DNA from: Macrostomum lignano
Lineage: Eukaryota
DNA: 64,000 nt
Direction: 5' to 3'
NCBI GenBank assembly: GCA_002269645.1
Contig: NIVC01000481.1
Span: 1-64,000 of the forward strand
Position numbers and translations under genes: made by a program. This document shows, in pieces, positions 11,777 to 25,034 of this stretch. Numbering within the stretch: the first letter of the stretch is position 1; every line of letters starts with the position of its first letter. The notes beneath the pieces were generated by a model. The model searched no databases. It was not told the DNA's origin and was given only the letters and a program-made list of their open reading frames with translations.

Positions 11777-12730
11777 CAGGCGCGTCGCCACCAGGGGGAC
11801 CGGCAGGGGGAAGGACATGCCCCCGCCCCCCCCCCCCCAGTAAAAGCTATGCAGGGGGACATGCCAATGCTTTGTCCCCCCCCCCCACCCCACCAATGGT
11901 GACACGTTGTGATAATCAATAATTTTTCTTCAGGGCGCCAAAATATAGCGGCTTTGGCGTCAAAATGTGTGCCTGTGGCTCCAAAATGAGTGCCTGTGGC
12001 TCCAAAATGAGTGCCTGCGGCTCCAAAATGAGTGCCTGCGGCTCCAAAATGAGTGCCTGCGGCGCTTAAATGAGTGGCTGCGGCGCCAAAATGAGTGCCT
12101 GCGGCTTCAAAATGAGTGCCTGTGGCGCTAAAATGAGTGCCTGCGGCGCAAAAATGAGTACCTGCGGCGCCAAAATGAGTGCCTGTGGCGTCAAAATGAG
12201 TGCCTGCGGCGCCAAAATGAGTACCTGCGGCGCCAAAATGAGTGCCTGCGGCTCCAAAATGAGTGCCTGCGGCTCCAAAATGAGTGCCTGCGGCGCTTAA
12301 ATGAGTGGCTGCGGCGCCAAAATGAGTGCCTGCGGCTTCAAAATGAGTGCCTGCGGCTTCAAAATGAGTGCCTGCGGCGCAAAAATGAGTACCTGCGGCG
12401 CCAAAATAAGTGCCTGTGGCGTCAAGTACCTGCGGCGTCAAAATGAGTGCCTGTGGCGTCAAAATATGAGTGCCTGTGGCGTCAAAATGAGTACCTGCGG
12501 CGTCAAAATGAGTACCTTCGGCGCCAAAATGAGTACCTGTGGCGTCAAAATATGAGTGCCTGCGGCGCCAAAATGAGTGCCTGCGGCTTCAAAATGAGTG
12601 CCTGCGGCGCCAAAAATCGCTGACAACACGATTCTCAAACTAATCGAAATGTAGGAATTTTTAGTCATGTACATACATTTTGAATTCTTAGTTTTGTCCC
12701 CCCACCATAAAATCCATGGCGACGCCCCTA
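11777..12730. mobile_element. Non-autonomous hAT-like element carrying a 21 bp minisatellite (GGCGCCAAAATGAGTGCCTGC)n
   Basis: TIRs CAGGCGCGTCGCCA / TGGCGACGCCCCTA; degenerate 8 bp TSD GTTTGGGG / GTTGTGGG. Both arms are shared with the copy at 49851-50879. Confidence 0.8.
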
Positions 12731-13255
12731 GTTGTGGGTGCCTGAATTTTTAAATAAAATAGCGATGACGCTTCGCTCTGGGGGACATCATTAGCTTCAC
12801 AGGGATCAAATATTAGCAGCAGAGACCCTGGCGTAACGCCTTCAGTGCTTTTTCGTCGGCTATAAGTCGCCTGCATTCTTAAATTTTTAGCGGGGTTATA
12901 ATTATTTTTTTACAATCAAAGCTTTAAGTCAAGCAGTTTCTTTTAGTCTAAAAATCTTTTGGTAAGTTTGTTAGCTTATTTGTGCTAATTAAAAGGTGTA
13001 AAACGTATAGCAAAATAGAATTTTCACAAGTTTTCTAGAACTGATTGTTGTCAATATGCACTCAATCACATGACATCCTTAATTGTACTTAATTGTGACT
13101 TCATTGTACCTTTTTTTCTAGTGGCAAATTTTATTAAACATAAGCGCATATCAGGTTTTGAGGTGGATTTGTTTCAATAATAACTAAACAAAACGACCCC
13201 AGACAAGCGACGGGCAAAAGTATATAGAGTGCAAGCATATATAAGCCGGTCTTCA

Positions 13256-14124
13256 TCACTGAATGTACTGGTAGAAACCGTATGCCTCGAGCTCGCACAT
13301 GTTTAGGTAATCGTTGACATGACTCAGTACGCGAACTCTGCTTCCAGTCATGCCGCAGGTCACGTTCCTCACTTCGAAATGCTGCGTCACCTTCACGCTG
13401 CCGCAGGTAACGTCGTCCACAAGTATTTTAAAGTCGTTCAACCGCTCCGGAGACATATCCAGCCTGTTGTACACTGTGACGTAAGCCACGACAGCTGTCT
13501 GGACTAGGCTGCCCTCCCACCATTGGTCCGATAATCCGTTGGTGTGAATGCAGTAGCCATTAAAGAAGTTCGTATCCGTGCACACGCCGCTGTAGGCTAC
13601 CGAATGTTGGCTGCAGTTGACGAATTGTAGCATCTGAGGAGCTGAAAGAGATGTTAGACAAATACCGATTAATTAAATGATACTGATCGATATTGGGATC
13701 ATTTTGTTCAGATGTTCAAACCCCTGGAGTTATTGCTTGGACAACACCAAGCAAAATATAATAATTCGTACAAAGAAAAATCACCAGCATTCTTAACGAA
13801 GAAGTCGCACGGCTGGTCCACAGCAGTCCACCACGAGGTTCGCCAGTAGAACGCGGAAGTGTTGAACAGCTGGCACACCATGTGACTGTCAGTCCAATAG
13901 TAAAAGCCGTGACAGTTTGGTCTCTCAAAGCAGCGCATGGAGCACTGGATTGAGCCGCTGCCATCGACTGCCGCGAAAGACGGAGGCAAAGTGCTGTTGC
14001 TGGGGCTGTCCGAGCTGCAGATATAGGTTGACCCGCTGCTTGAGGAGTCAGAGGCCGACACCCAATGATGGCACATCAACAAGACAAAAGCAAATTGGAG
14101 CAGAAACGGGGCCATCATCCGCAT
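13256..14124 (-). CDS. Secreted PAN/apple + F-type lectin (fucolectin) domain protein, about 241 aa; exons 14124-13785 and 13641-13256
   Basis: Signal peptide MRMMAPFLLQFAFVLLMCHHWVSA; PAN pattern CSMRC...NCHGFYY...CQLF; exact H-x26-R-x-D-x4-R fucose-recognition motif; C-terminal LNMCELEAYG. The phase-1 GT-AG intron joins the exons in frame. Confidence 0.88.
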
Positions 14125-16359
14125 TGCTTGAAGAAAGTAGATCTGCATGCAATTGCTACTCTTATGAGCGATTCGACAGTGAAATTCTCATTGGGTGTGT
14201 TACATGTAGCTAGTGATCGTCTAAAGTCTTCATATTCGTGTCTTAATAGCATCAACCCCATGTCAGTAGCTACTGAAAAAGAAAACCCTTCCCAGCTCAT
14301 CCTAACTGTTATTCCTAGGATTCTTGATGAGAAAAACGAGTTTTATGAGTAGCTGTCAAAGTAGAAAAAGTGTCAATCAGCTGGGCTCTTAACACAATAA
14401 AAAGCTGGAGCCATCATCTTCATGCAGATACTCAGCTAGAGTACCCCATTGATTGTTGAATGTCAGGTATGTTTTTGGCATATCTCCACTATGGTGGTGC
14501 ACAAATTTGCACCACCTGGATACACAGAGAAACAATTATCGAGTTTAAATTGAGTATACTCCATTTGCATTTACTGTGTAGTGTACTCGTACACATTGAG
14601 CTGAAGTATAGTACTTATTAGCCGGCAAGCAAGAATTCCATCGCCAGCTAAGCATGCAATGAGTGGGACTACAATTAATAATCAATATTAGCCTTGATTC
14701 TTACAGTTATATTTTATGTCCTCTGCAACTCCAAACCAAAAGACCACGGATCAGCTCTCCTTTTCTTTCTTGAAGACTCGCTATGCTATGCTTATATTAT
14801 GCTTAATTATGTTCAATAATAAAATACATTTTAACTGCAAAATTCAATCCACAACACACATTTTTGCGCTACAGGCACTTATCTTGCATCGGCAGCCACC
14901 ACAGGCACTCATTTTAATTTAACGCCGCAGGCCCTAATTTTGTACTGCAAGCTCCCGGATTATAACTGCCCCTGTACTAAAAAAATCCAGAATTAAGCAT
15001 TTTATAAATTATTTATGAAAGAAGATTGCTGAAATAAATTGTTCCTAATTTTGCTTGAACTTTGTTAAAACAGGAAAACGCGTGTGCACGTTTCGAATTC
15101 GACACCAACACATACGAGCTTGTCAACTACACCCGCGGCCCCGCTCATCAGTTATAGTGCCTGCATTCAGTTCAGTGCCTGCCAGACTCGCAAAGATTCC
15201 TTTGCTATGCAGCATACTATACTAACTATCTATAAGCCCTAGTGAATAATAATCCCTTACTCGGGTTCACTGATGCCCCCTAAAAACTCTTGGATCTGCC
15301 TCTGAGAAAAAAATAAGAAAATTGTCAGTTTATTATTACCTAATTACTACCCATTTCTAGACCTAAATTTGGCCCTGGTGAATCTGTCTTACTGTCTATA
15401 TTCTATAATGATTATAAAAATTATAAATTTATCTTGCGAATTAAATGATAAATTGGAATAGGCCCTATTTTTTATATTTTGTTAGGCAAGGCCTACATTT
15501 TAGAATTTTGTCTTTCAATTTTATGTGAAATTTGCTTTTTTAATTATGTAATTGAAACAAAAAATTAAATAGGTTTATAATTAAAAAGTACATTTATGAA
15601 TTTTATTATTTATTGGGTAACTGGGGTTGTTTGGCCCATAAACTGTTTTGGCCAAAGAAATTTTAGGCAATTTCCTAGATTTGCATGTTTAATTGTTATC
15701 TGTTTGAAATTGTGCATTTACGTGGTGCAAAAACAAATGAGCAACAGAAAAAGTTATAAACTGGTAGTTAAATGTCAATAAAAGTTTATAATGTCAATAG
15801 TTTGTTTTTTAAATGGTATTAAGTGCCATAGTCCAGATCATAACCGGGCTGGGTCACCCCTTGTTACCCCTTGTCACCCCTTGAGCAAGGGGTCACCCCT
15901 TGCTAACCCTATTGGCATACATTGGCATACAACCAAAAAATTGGGCCCTACCTATTGGCGTGAGTGGCGTAGGGATGCTGTTGCTATTGCAACTTGCAAT
16001 GTAATGTACATTTAAACATTGGTATTTTTTAGGAATTTGCACAATAATTTAAAAAATGGAATTTATGTTAGAAAAACATTCACTTTAACAAAATATATTC
16101 CTATCTATTGTTCTATTGAATAATTTTAATATTCTTATAAAACCTGCTACTAGAGGCATAATGTTATTTTACTTGCTTGTAGTAAGATAACATAGGTGTA
16201 ACTGTATTTAAATTGCGATATGCTCCATTTTTCGTGGTATAAAAATGGCGTACAGTTAGAGAAAGCAGAAAAAATTTGGCTACATTGGCATACAAACTGT
16301 GGATCCATCAAGTTTTAGTTTGGCATACACCTTGCCATGATCTGGACTATGGATTAATT

Positions 16360-16784
16360 CAGGGGTCCCCAACCTTATATGGGTGGCAGGCCGCATTGAC
16401 AACTGGCTTAGGGTGTGTGGGCTGCATGCTAATATATAAATATAATGGCCCACCTCCTTTGCCTTGAACCATATTGATATTAGCTAGCATTCCTTCCTAC
16501 TTTTTACTTCAACTCTTGACTGTGTGTACATTTGTGCACTAGGAGTGGCTAAAATAGCAATCCAAATGAATTGAAGCATTGCTTCTAGCAGTGGGGAAGG
16601 TAAGAGATTTCTGGGAATATTTTCAGTATAGCTAGGAAAATTTTAACATTTTCGGGGCTGTAGTGAAATCTAGTGATAGACTTGGCAGGCCGCATGTAAT
16701 GCAAACTACTGGAAAGTGCTGCAGGCCACAAAAAAGGGCTCGCGGGCCACACGTGGCCTACAGGCAGCAGGTTGGGGACCCCTG
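16360..16784. mobile_element. hAT (Charlie-like) MITE, 425 bp
   Basis: 16 bp TIR CAGGGGTCCCCAACCT / AGGTTGGGGACCCCTG; 8 bp TSD GATTAATT / GATTAAGT. Confidence 0.88.
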
Positions 16785-19089
16785 GATTAAGTGGTAATAA
16801 ATGCTGTAGTAATGTTGCACCCAATATAGAAAGTTTCTATTTGTGTAGTCGTGGAACAGTTGGCGCCATAGAAACTCCTCAATGTGCATGTCAAAATCCT
16901 TTCCCTTCGCTATCACCTTCACTCTTATCACCCTCAGACCTTTATTCCATAGACTATAGACTACAAGGACCATAGACTATGTGCCACGTCACTTTAGCAC
17001 GACTGCGCCAAATAAATGCGCAATTTCAAACAGAAAATAATTAGGCTAAATGTGCAAATCTAGGAAATTACCAAAATTTATCCCTAGATCAATTTGCCTT
17101 TGCCTAGGCCTATAGATTGTTTTGCCTTATGGGCCATAGGCTATAGATTCATTTAATAGTTTAGCTAGGCTTCATAGTCAGTAAGTCAGAGAGTGTCCTG
17201 TATGCTAGAATTTTCTGGCATTCATTAGCCTTTCATACTTAATTAGTGTATATATTTGGTATGCTTAAATTTTAAAAGTGTAGGGCCTTTTGGTATAGAA
17301 ATAATAATAGCCCATACAAAGCTATTTGAAAATAGATGCAAATATCTTCTAATTTCTGTAACAAAAAATTGAAAATTTAAAAGAAAAAGGTAAGCAGTTA
17401 AAAGTTAACCAAAGTAGGGGCCTACAAACAAAAAAATGAAAATAGGCCCCTAATAATTAAAATTGAATATGATAATGCTATTTTGAAGAATTTAAGCAAC
17501 AAGACTTTAAAAAATATAAGTTTTTATAAAAAATAGACAAAATTTATTTTGTTATAATCATATAATGTATATGTAAATGTTAAATGTAACAATGGATAAA
17601 TGTCCTTTATTTTTGAAGCAGAAAGTAAGATAGGCCTATTATTTTTGAATTTTGATATATACAAGGATCACATTTCTATTTTTTGGCATATAAATAGGGA
17701 TGCTATAAAATACTAGACTTGCCCAAAACTGGGATCCCAGTATTCATTACTGGAATTTTGCCAATACTGGTTTTGAATACCAGTATTCATTCGCTTTATT
17801 CATATTATGGCTTCCAAATTTGAAAAAAAGTCAGATTTTATTACATTTTTCCTATTATTTTTATATTGCCTATCTTTTGAATGCATTATAAATCATTTAT
17901 TAAATTGTCTTGACTTTTAAATTCAATCAATTTTTAAGTCATAGTAATTGTTTGTATAGTAGTTATCATTTTAATAGCATTTTTACTAGCCTTACCTTAT
18001 TGATTGCCTTATCATGTTTGCCTTAATATAGCTAAGGCATTATATTAAGGCATGAAATAGATTCTTTTAATCTATTTAGTTTGTTAAATAGATTACAAAA
18101 AAGTAAGTATCTTTTTCTATTCATAGTTTCAATTCTATTTTTCCTTATTAAGTAGTTAAATATGCTGCTTTGCTTTATTATGCTTACTATATATGTACTA
18201 TTGATTAAATTTTAATAATAATTGTCTGCCATATTTAGTAAAATTATTTAGTATATTTAGATTATAAATACAAGCAAATATATACATTTAAAAAAAAATT
18301 AGAAAGTGTGCCGGACACTGTCCGCAGTTTTACAACTTTTTCCTATAAGGCTAATGGTTAATAGTAGGCTACTATTAACATTGCAATTTTGAAGAAAAGA
18401 AATAGCTTGAACTAAATAGTGAAATAAAGTCTTACCTTTTCTTTTTAACCATTGAGCTAGACCAATAAGTTCTTGAATCATCCATTTTATTGTTATTGAA
18501 TTTATTAAATACAATATAAACTAGGGGTTGCTTAACTATAGCCTACTATGTGGCCTACAAAACATCTCTGTCTCTCAGTTCCTTTAAAACTTCACAATAA
18601 TAACTTCAATAGAAACTTTTAAGGTTGGGTCTTTTTCAGATCTTTGTCTATTTTTCCCCCTCTCATCTTCTCTTTCATCGTCTATCTTTTTATCTCAATT
18701 CCAACATCCTATCTTATCTTGCTTTCTATTCTTTCTGTTTTCCACTCCCAACTCGCCTGCAGCCATGAGCTGGATTCTTTATCCAGCCCTAGAGGTAAAA
18801 ATCTTTTTAACCCCTGATCTAAAGATAGGTAGTGCAAGTAGTATAATTCACTAGCTCATTGCTAATTTATTTATTAGTTAATTAGTTGCCATTCAAACTA
18901 AGAGCAGGCAAAAATTAATAGGCATTAAGTTCTAAATACTTGGCTAGCCAATAAGCTTGCGAAAAATTGGATAAAAACGTTTGTAATTTTTGCTTGACAA
19001 GGTTTAGTTAAACTGTTTCTACTTTGAGTAGTCTACAAAGTAAATAAAATCACCTTACCACAATTTAAATTACTCTATTCATGTTAGTC

Positions 19090-21623
19090 ATGCCTCTAGC
19101 CAGAGATCTGTTGCACCCATCTCTCAGCCAAGAGAAGCGAAAGCACAAGAAAAAGCGTCTGGTTCAGTCACCAAATTCCTGTTTTATGGATGTGAAGTGT
19201 GCAGGTAAGGACATTCAAGAATCATATAGCAATAATTTCAGTGTGTCCAAAATTTTAAACGCCATTGATAGTTAACTAAATCTTCAGACTGTCTAAAAAT
19301 CACCTCAGACAAATCTTCAGACTGTCTAAAAATCACCTCAGACAAATCTTCAGACTGTCTAAAAATCACCTCAGACAGATCTTCAGGCTGGCTAAAAATC
19401 ACCTCAGACAAATCTTCAGACTGTCTAAAAATCACCTCAGAAAGATCTTCAGGCTGGCTAAAAATCACCTCAGACAAATCTTCAGGCTGGCTAAAAATCA
19501 CCCCAGACAGATCTTCAGGCTGGCTAAAAATCACCCCAGACAGATCTTCAGGCTGGCTAAAAATCACCTCAGACAAATCTTCAGGCTGGCTAAAAATCAC
19601 CCCAGACAGATCTTCAGTCAGACTGTCTAAAAATCACCTCAGACAGATCTTCAGGCTGGCTAAAAATCACCTCAGACAAATCTTCAGACTGTCTAAAAAT
19701 CACCTCAGAAAGATCTTCAGGCTGGCTAAAAATCACCTCAGACAAATCTTCAGGTTGGCTAAAAATCACCCCAGACAGATCTTCAGACTGTCTAAAAATC
19801 ACCTCAGACAAATCTTCAGACTGTCTAAAAATCACCTCCGACAGATCTTCAGTCAGACTGTCTAAAAATCACCTCAGACAAATCTTCAGGCTGGCTAAAA
19901 ATCACCTCAGACAAATTTTCAGGCTGGCTAAAAATCACCTCAGACAAATCTTCAGGCTGTCTAAAAATCACCTCAGACAAATCTTCAGGCTGTCTAAAAA
20001 TCACCTCAGACAAATCTTCAGGCTGTCTAAAAATCACCTCAGACAGATCTTCAGTCAGACTGTCTAAAAATCACCTCAGACAGATCTTCAGGCTGGCTAA
20101 AAATCACCTCCGACAGATCTTCAGGCTGGCTAAAAATCACCTCAGACAAATCTTCAGGCTGGCTAAAAATCACCTCAGACAGATCTTCAGGCTGGCTAAA
20201 AATCACCTCAGACAGATCTTCAGGCTGGCTAAAAATCACCTCAGACAAATCTTCAGGCTGGCTAAAAATCACCTCAGACAGATCTTCAGGCTGGCTAAAA
20301 ATCACCTCAGACAGATCTTCAGGCTGGCTAAAAATCACCTCCGACAGATCTTCAGTCAGACTGTCTAAAAATCACCTCAGACAAATCTTCAGGCTGGCTA
20401 AAAATCACCCCAGACAGATCTTCAGACTGTCTAAAAATCACCTCAGACAAATCTTCAGACTGTCTAAAAATCACCTCCGACAGATCTTCAGTCAGACTGT
20501 CTAAAAATCACCTCAGACAAATCTTCAGGCTGGCTAAAAATCACCTCAGACAAATTTTCAGGCTGGCTAAAAATCACCTCAGACAAATCTTCAGGCTGTC
20601 TAAAAATCACCTCAGACAAATCTTCAGGCTGTCTAAAAATCACCTCAGACAAATCTTCAGGCTGTCTAAAAATCACCTCAGACAGATCTTCAGTCAGACT
20701 GTCTAAAAATCACCTCAGACAGATCTTCAGGCTGGCTAAAAATCACCTCCGACAGATCTTCAGTCAGACTGTCTAAAAATCACCTCAGACAAATCTTCAG
20801 GCTGGCTAAAAATCACCTCAGACAGATCTTCAGGCTGGCTAAAAATCACCTCCGACAGATCTTCAGTCAGACTGTCTAAAAATCACCTCAGACAGATCTT
20901 CAGACTGGCTAAAAATCACCTCAGACAGATCTTCAGACTGTCTAAAAATCACCTCAGACAGATCTTCAGACTGTCTAAAAATCACCTCAGACAGATCTTC
21001 AGACTGTCTAAAAATCACCTCAGACAGATCTTCAGACTGTCTAAAAATCACCTCAGACAGATCTTCAGGCTGGCTAAAAATCACCTCAGACAAATCTTCA
21101 GACTGTCTAAAAATCACCTCAGACAGATCTTCAGGCTGGCTAAAAATCACCTCAGACAAATCTTCAGGCTGGCTAAAAATCACCTCAGACAGATCTTCAG
21201 GCTGGCTAAAAATCACCTCAGACAGATCTTCAGGCTGGCTAAAAATCACCTCAGACAGATCTTCAGGCTGGCTAAAAATCACCTCAGACAGATCTTCAGG
21301 CTGGCTAAAAATCACCTCAGACAGATCTTCAGGCTGGCTAAAAATCACCTCAGACAGATCTTCAGGCTGGCTAAAAATCACCTCAGACAGATCTTCAGGC
21401 TGGCTAAAAATCACCTCAGACAAATCTTTAGACTAAAATTTAACAGTGCAAAATGTTCCCTAATCTGATTCTATAACCCTCAGGCTGCCTGAAGATCACC
21501 ACCGTGTTCTCGCACGCGCAGACTGTTGTGGTGTGTGCCGGATGCAGCACCATCCTCAGCCAGCCTACTGGTGGCAAAGCTCGCCTCACCGAGGGCTGCT
21601 CGTTTCGTAATAAAAGCTACTGA
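19090..21623 (+). CDS. RPS27: 40S ribosomal protein S27 (eS27), 84 aa; exons 19090-19204 and 21484-21623
   Basis: [11 protein letters not shown]...[63 protein letters not shown]; four-Cys finger intact; phase-1 intron; AATAAA near 21674. Confidence 0.98.
19275..21430. repeat. 27 bp minisatellite (TCTTCAGGCTGGCTAAAAATCACCTCAGACAGA-like), with occasional 31 bp variants, filling the RPS27 intron
   Basis: About 78 units; 4 bp GTCA insertions recur. Confidence 0.97.
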
Positions 21624-21804
21624 ATTGCTGAATTTAACCATGCCTGAGTCCTGTAGCTGGTCTGTTTTTTGTGAATAAATAAAATATTTAAACAATTTGT
21701 GGAAAGAAAAGGTAAATAATGAGCTCGTGATAATTCTTTTGATGATCTTTTTTATTTTCATAAAATCTATGTACGCGTAGTGTAAGCGTTACAAGTGAAG
21801 TGAT

Positions 21805-22675
21805 TTCCGGATCTTGTACAAACTGCTGAGATTACTGGATCTTGTACAAACTGCTGAGATTACTGGATCTTGCACAAACTGCTGAGATTACTGGATCTTG
21901 TACAAACTGCTGAGATTACTGGATCTTGTACAAACTTCTGAGATTTCCGGATCTTGTACAAACTGCTGAGATTACTGGATCTTGTACAAACTGCTGAGAT
22001 TACTGGATCTTGTACAAACTGCTGAGATTACTGGATCTTGTACAAACTGCTGAGATTACTGGATCTTGTACAAACTGCTGAGATTACTGGATCTTGTACA
22101 AACTGCTGAGATTACTGGATCTTGTACAAACTGCTGAGATTTCTGGATCTTGTACAAACTGCTGAGATTACTGGATCTTGTACAAACTGCTGAGATTACT
22201 GGATCTTGCACAAACTGCTGAGATTACTGGATCTTGTACAAACTGCTGAGATTACTGGATCTTGTACAAACTTCTGAGATATCTGGATCTTGTACAAACT
22301 GCTGAGATTACTGGATCTTGTACAAACTGCTGAGATTACTGGATCTTGTACAAACTGCTGAGATTACTGGATCTTGTACAAACTGCTGAGATTACTGGAT
22401 CTTGTACAAACTGCTGAGATTACTGGATCTTGCACAAACTGCTGAGATTACTGGATCTTGCACAAACTGCTGAGATTACTGGATCTTGTACAAACTGCTG
22501 AGATTACTGGATCTTGTACAAACTTCTGAGATATCTGGATCTTGTTCAAACTGCTGAGATTACTGGATCTTGTTCAAACTGCTGAGATTACTGGATCTTG
22601 TACAAACTGCTGAGATTACTGGATCTCGTACAAACTGCTGAGATTACTGGATCTTGTACAAACTTCTGAGATTTA
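21805..22675. repeat. 28 bp minisatellite (TGGATCTTGTACAAACTGCTGAGATTAC)n just 3' of RPS27
   Basis: About 31 near-identical units. Confidence 0.97.
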
Positions 22676-23949
22676 AATATCCTTTTTGTTGGACGAACTT
22701 TTTGGCAGTCCAGGTTATATAGGGATCTTGTACGTTACATGTACACCGCTGAGATTTCGGGATGTTTGTACTGCTAAGCCAAGATCTTTGGGGAACCTCG
22801 CATTCCTACAACACAAACTCGTACGTTGTTACTTATTCAGAGATTATTATTATGATGCAAGATACACTTGACTAGAGTATTGGATACTTTTTCCTAAGAG
22901 TATCGAACTGTTGAGCTACAATAGTAAGTTTATTTAATAATAATAAACTAATTATAGTAGTATCTGTTGCATGCACTCAGATCAGCTAGGTAAATCGCCG
23001 GCCATCATATACACTTGAAAGATCTATGATCGTTTACTTGTGCTTACTTTTTCCAATTTGCCTCCGGTATAGCTAGTGAATTCGTACAGACTAAAGTTAG
23101 TATATCAGTTTACTGTTTACTGATACTGCATGTATACAGTAGCCACAGGGAAAATGTTCAAATATTTGCATTACTGTATATACCGTGACCTGTCGGCTCA
23201 GGTCGTGGTAGATGAGAGAGTGATTTGGATTAGGGTCAGGTGTACTTTGAATATAAAGATTCAGATTGTTTCTAGATATATCATTTTGCATAGTTGGCAT
23301 TTCTGCAGGCTATTGCAGACACTGTGGTCTCTAATGAGTCATATAATGGCGCGAGAGTGACTTTAAATGAGCTAAAATGAGTCATATTCGCGCTGAATTG
23401 CTTTGAGTCAGCCAAAATGAATCATAATGGCGTTGAATATGACTTTGAGTGAGCCAAACTGAATCATAATGACGTTGAATGACTTTGAATGAGCCAAACT
23501 GAATCATGTTAACCAAGCGTGCATAAGGCGTTTAGAGTGTACCACTGCGTAACAAATGAGGGATGCTGTACACCCTATGGTGCACTGGTAGCTTGTACAT
23601 GTATTATAACCGGTTGCGGTAACAAGGAATTATAATTTTTTTAAGAAAGCTCAAGTGAATTAATTTTACGCACCTGCATCATGATATGCTTCCTTTCAGT
23701 CTAATTGCGATTCTAAGTAATATACATGTAAGTAAAACACTCGTATGAAGCTCATATCCCTAAAATCTCAGTTAGACATTCAATTGGTTGCAAATGAAAC
23801 AATGCTGATTGGCCAGTGCGTAGAAATGTATGCTAATATATTTTCAGTATAGTGTCTATGTTTGGATCGAATCTGTCTTTTCTACTGCACACTGCTATAT
23901 CTAAACTGTACATCTGCCACTATATGTTCCTGTGCCGATTGTGCTCCAG

Positions 23950-24098
23950 CGTGTACCGGCACAGGGTGCAGTCGGACGAAGCGCAGCGACTTGACAGGGT
24001 TAGTCAGGACCCGATCCCGACGGCCGAACTTGTGAAGGAGTACCGGAAACGCCGCCGGAATAAAGGGCTGCATTATGAGTTCAAGGTGAGGGTTTTTC

Positions 24099-24130
<32 letters not shown>

Positions 24131-24187
24131 CTCTATCTATCTATCTATCTATCTATCTCTCTATCTATCTATCTATCTATCTATCTC

Positions 24188-24235
<48 letters not shown>

Positions 24236-24274
24236 CTATCTATCTATCTCTCTATCTATCTATCCATCTATCTA

Positions 24275-24321
<47 letters not shown>

Positions 24322-24322
24322 G

Positions 24323-24362
<40 letters not shown>

Positions 24363-24363
24363 A

Positions 24364-24414
<51 letters not shown>

Positions 24415-24426
24415 CTATCTATCTAT

Positions 24427-24458
<32 letters not shown>

Positions 24459-24987
24459 CTATCCATCTATCTAGTTGCGCTCTAAAATGAAAATGAAGGT
24501 AAAAATATTTGCTTGTTAAAATTTCAGGCAATCGAGGTGATTTCAGCCGGGGACAACCAGTCAGTGAGTTCAGTGGAATTCTCCTTCCTACATTCGCCTA
24601 TCATTCGAGCTATAAGCAGTTGTTCCTAGCTCTATAAATATTCGAAGCTTAACTACACAAAGATCGTGACTTCGCACACAATGAAGTCAGTAGTATGTTC
24701 ACGTCAGGTATTAGCAATATAATATGCAAGTATAATGCTTACATATTCATGCAACCACACAGACTTTCGCGTAATATTATCCGGACTAAAGCGTGCTATT
24801 GTATATCCCAGCAGTGATTCCTTCTTATCCAACCTTGTCTATACTCTGCAACCCTGCAGTAGATGGACACTGCACAGCTCAATTTTCTTAGAAATGAGCT
24901 GGAGATCGATGAGGAGCGCATGAGGAGACAGACAGACAGACAGACAGACACACAGACAGACACACAGACAGACAGACAGACAGACAC

Positions 24988-25034
<47 letters not shown>

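Noticed and set aside
21805-22675. CRISPR-like 28 bp repeats
   Set aside because: Head-to-tail units with no spacers.
24528-24563. Possible extra PTP exon [12 protein letters not shown] with AG/GT borders in phase 0
   Set aside because: Spacing from EF to the KN motif already matches classical PTPs without it. It could be an alternative exon, but nothing here supports that.
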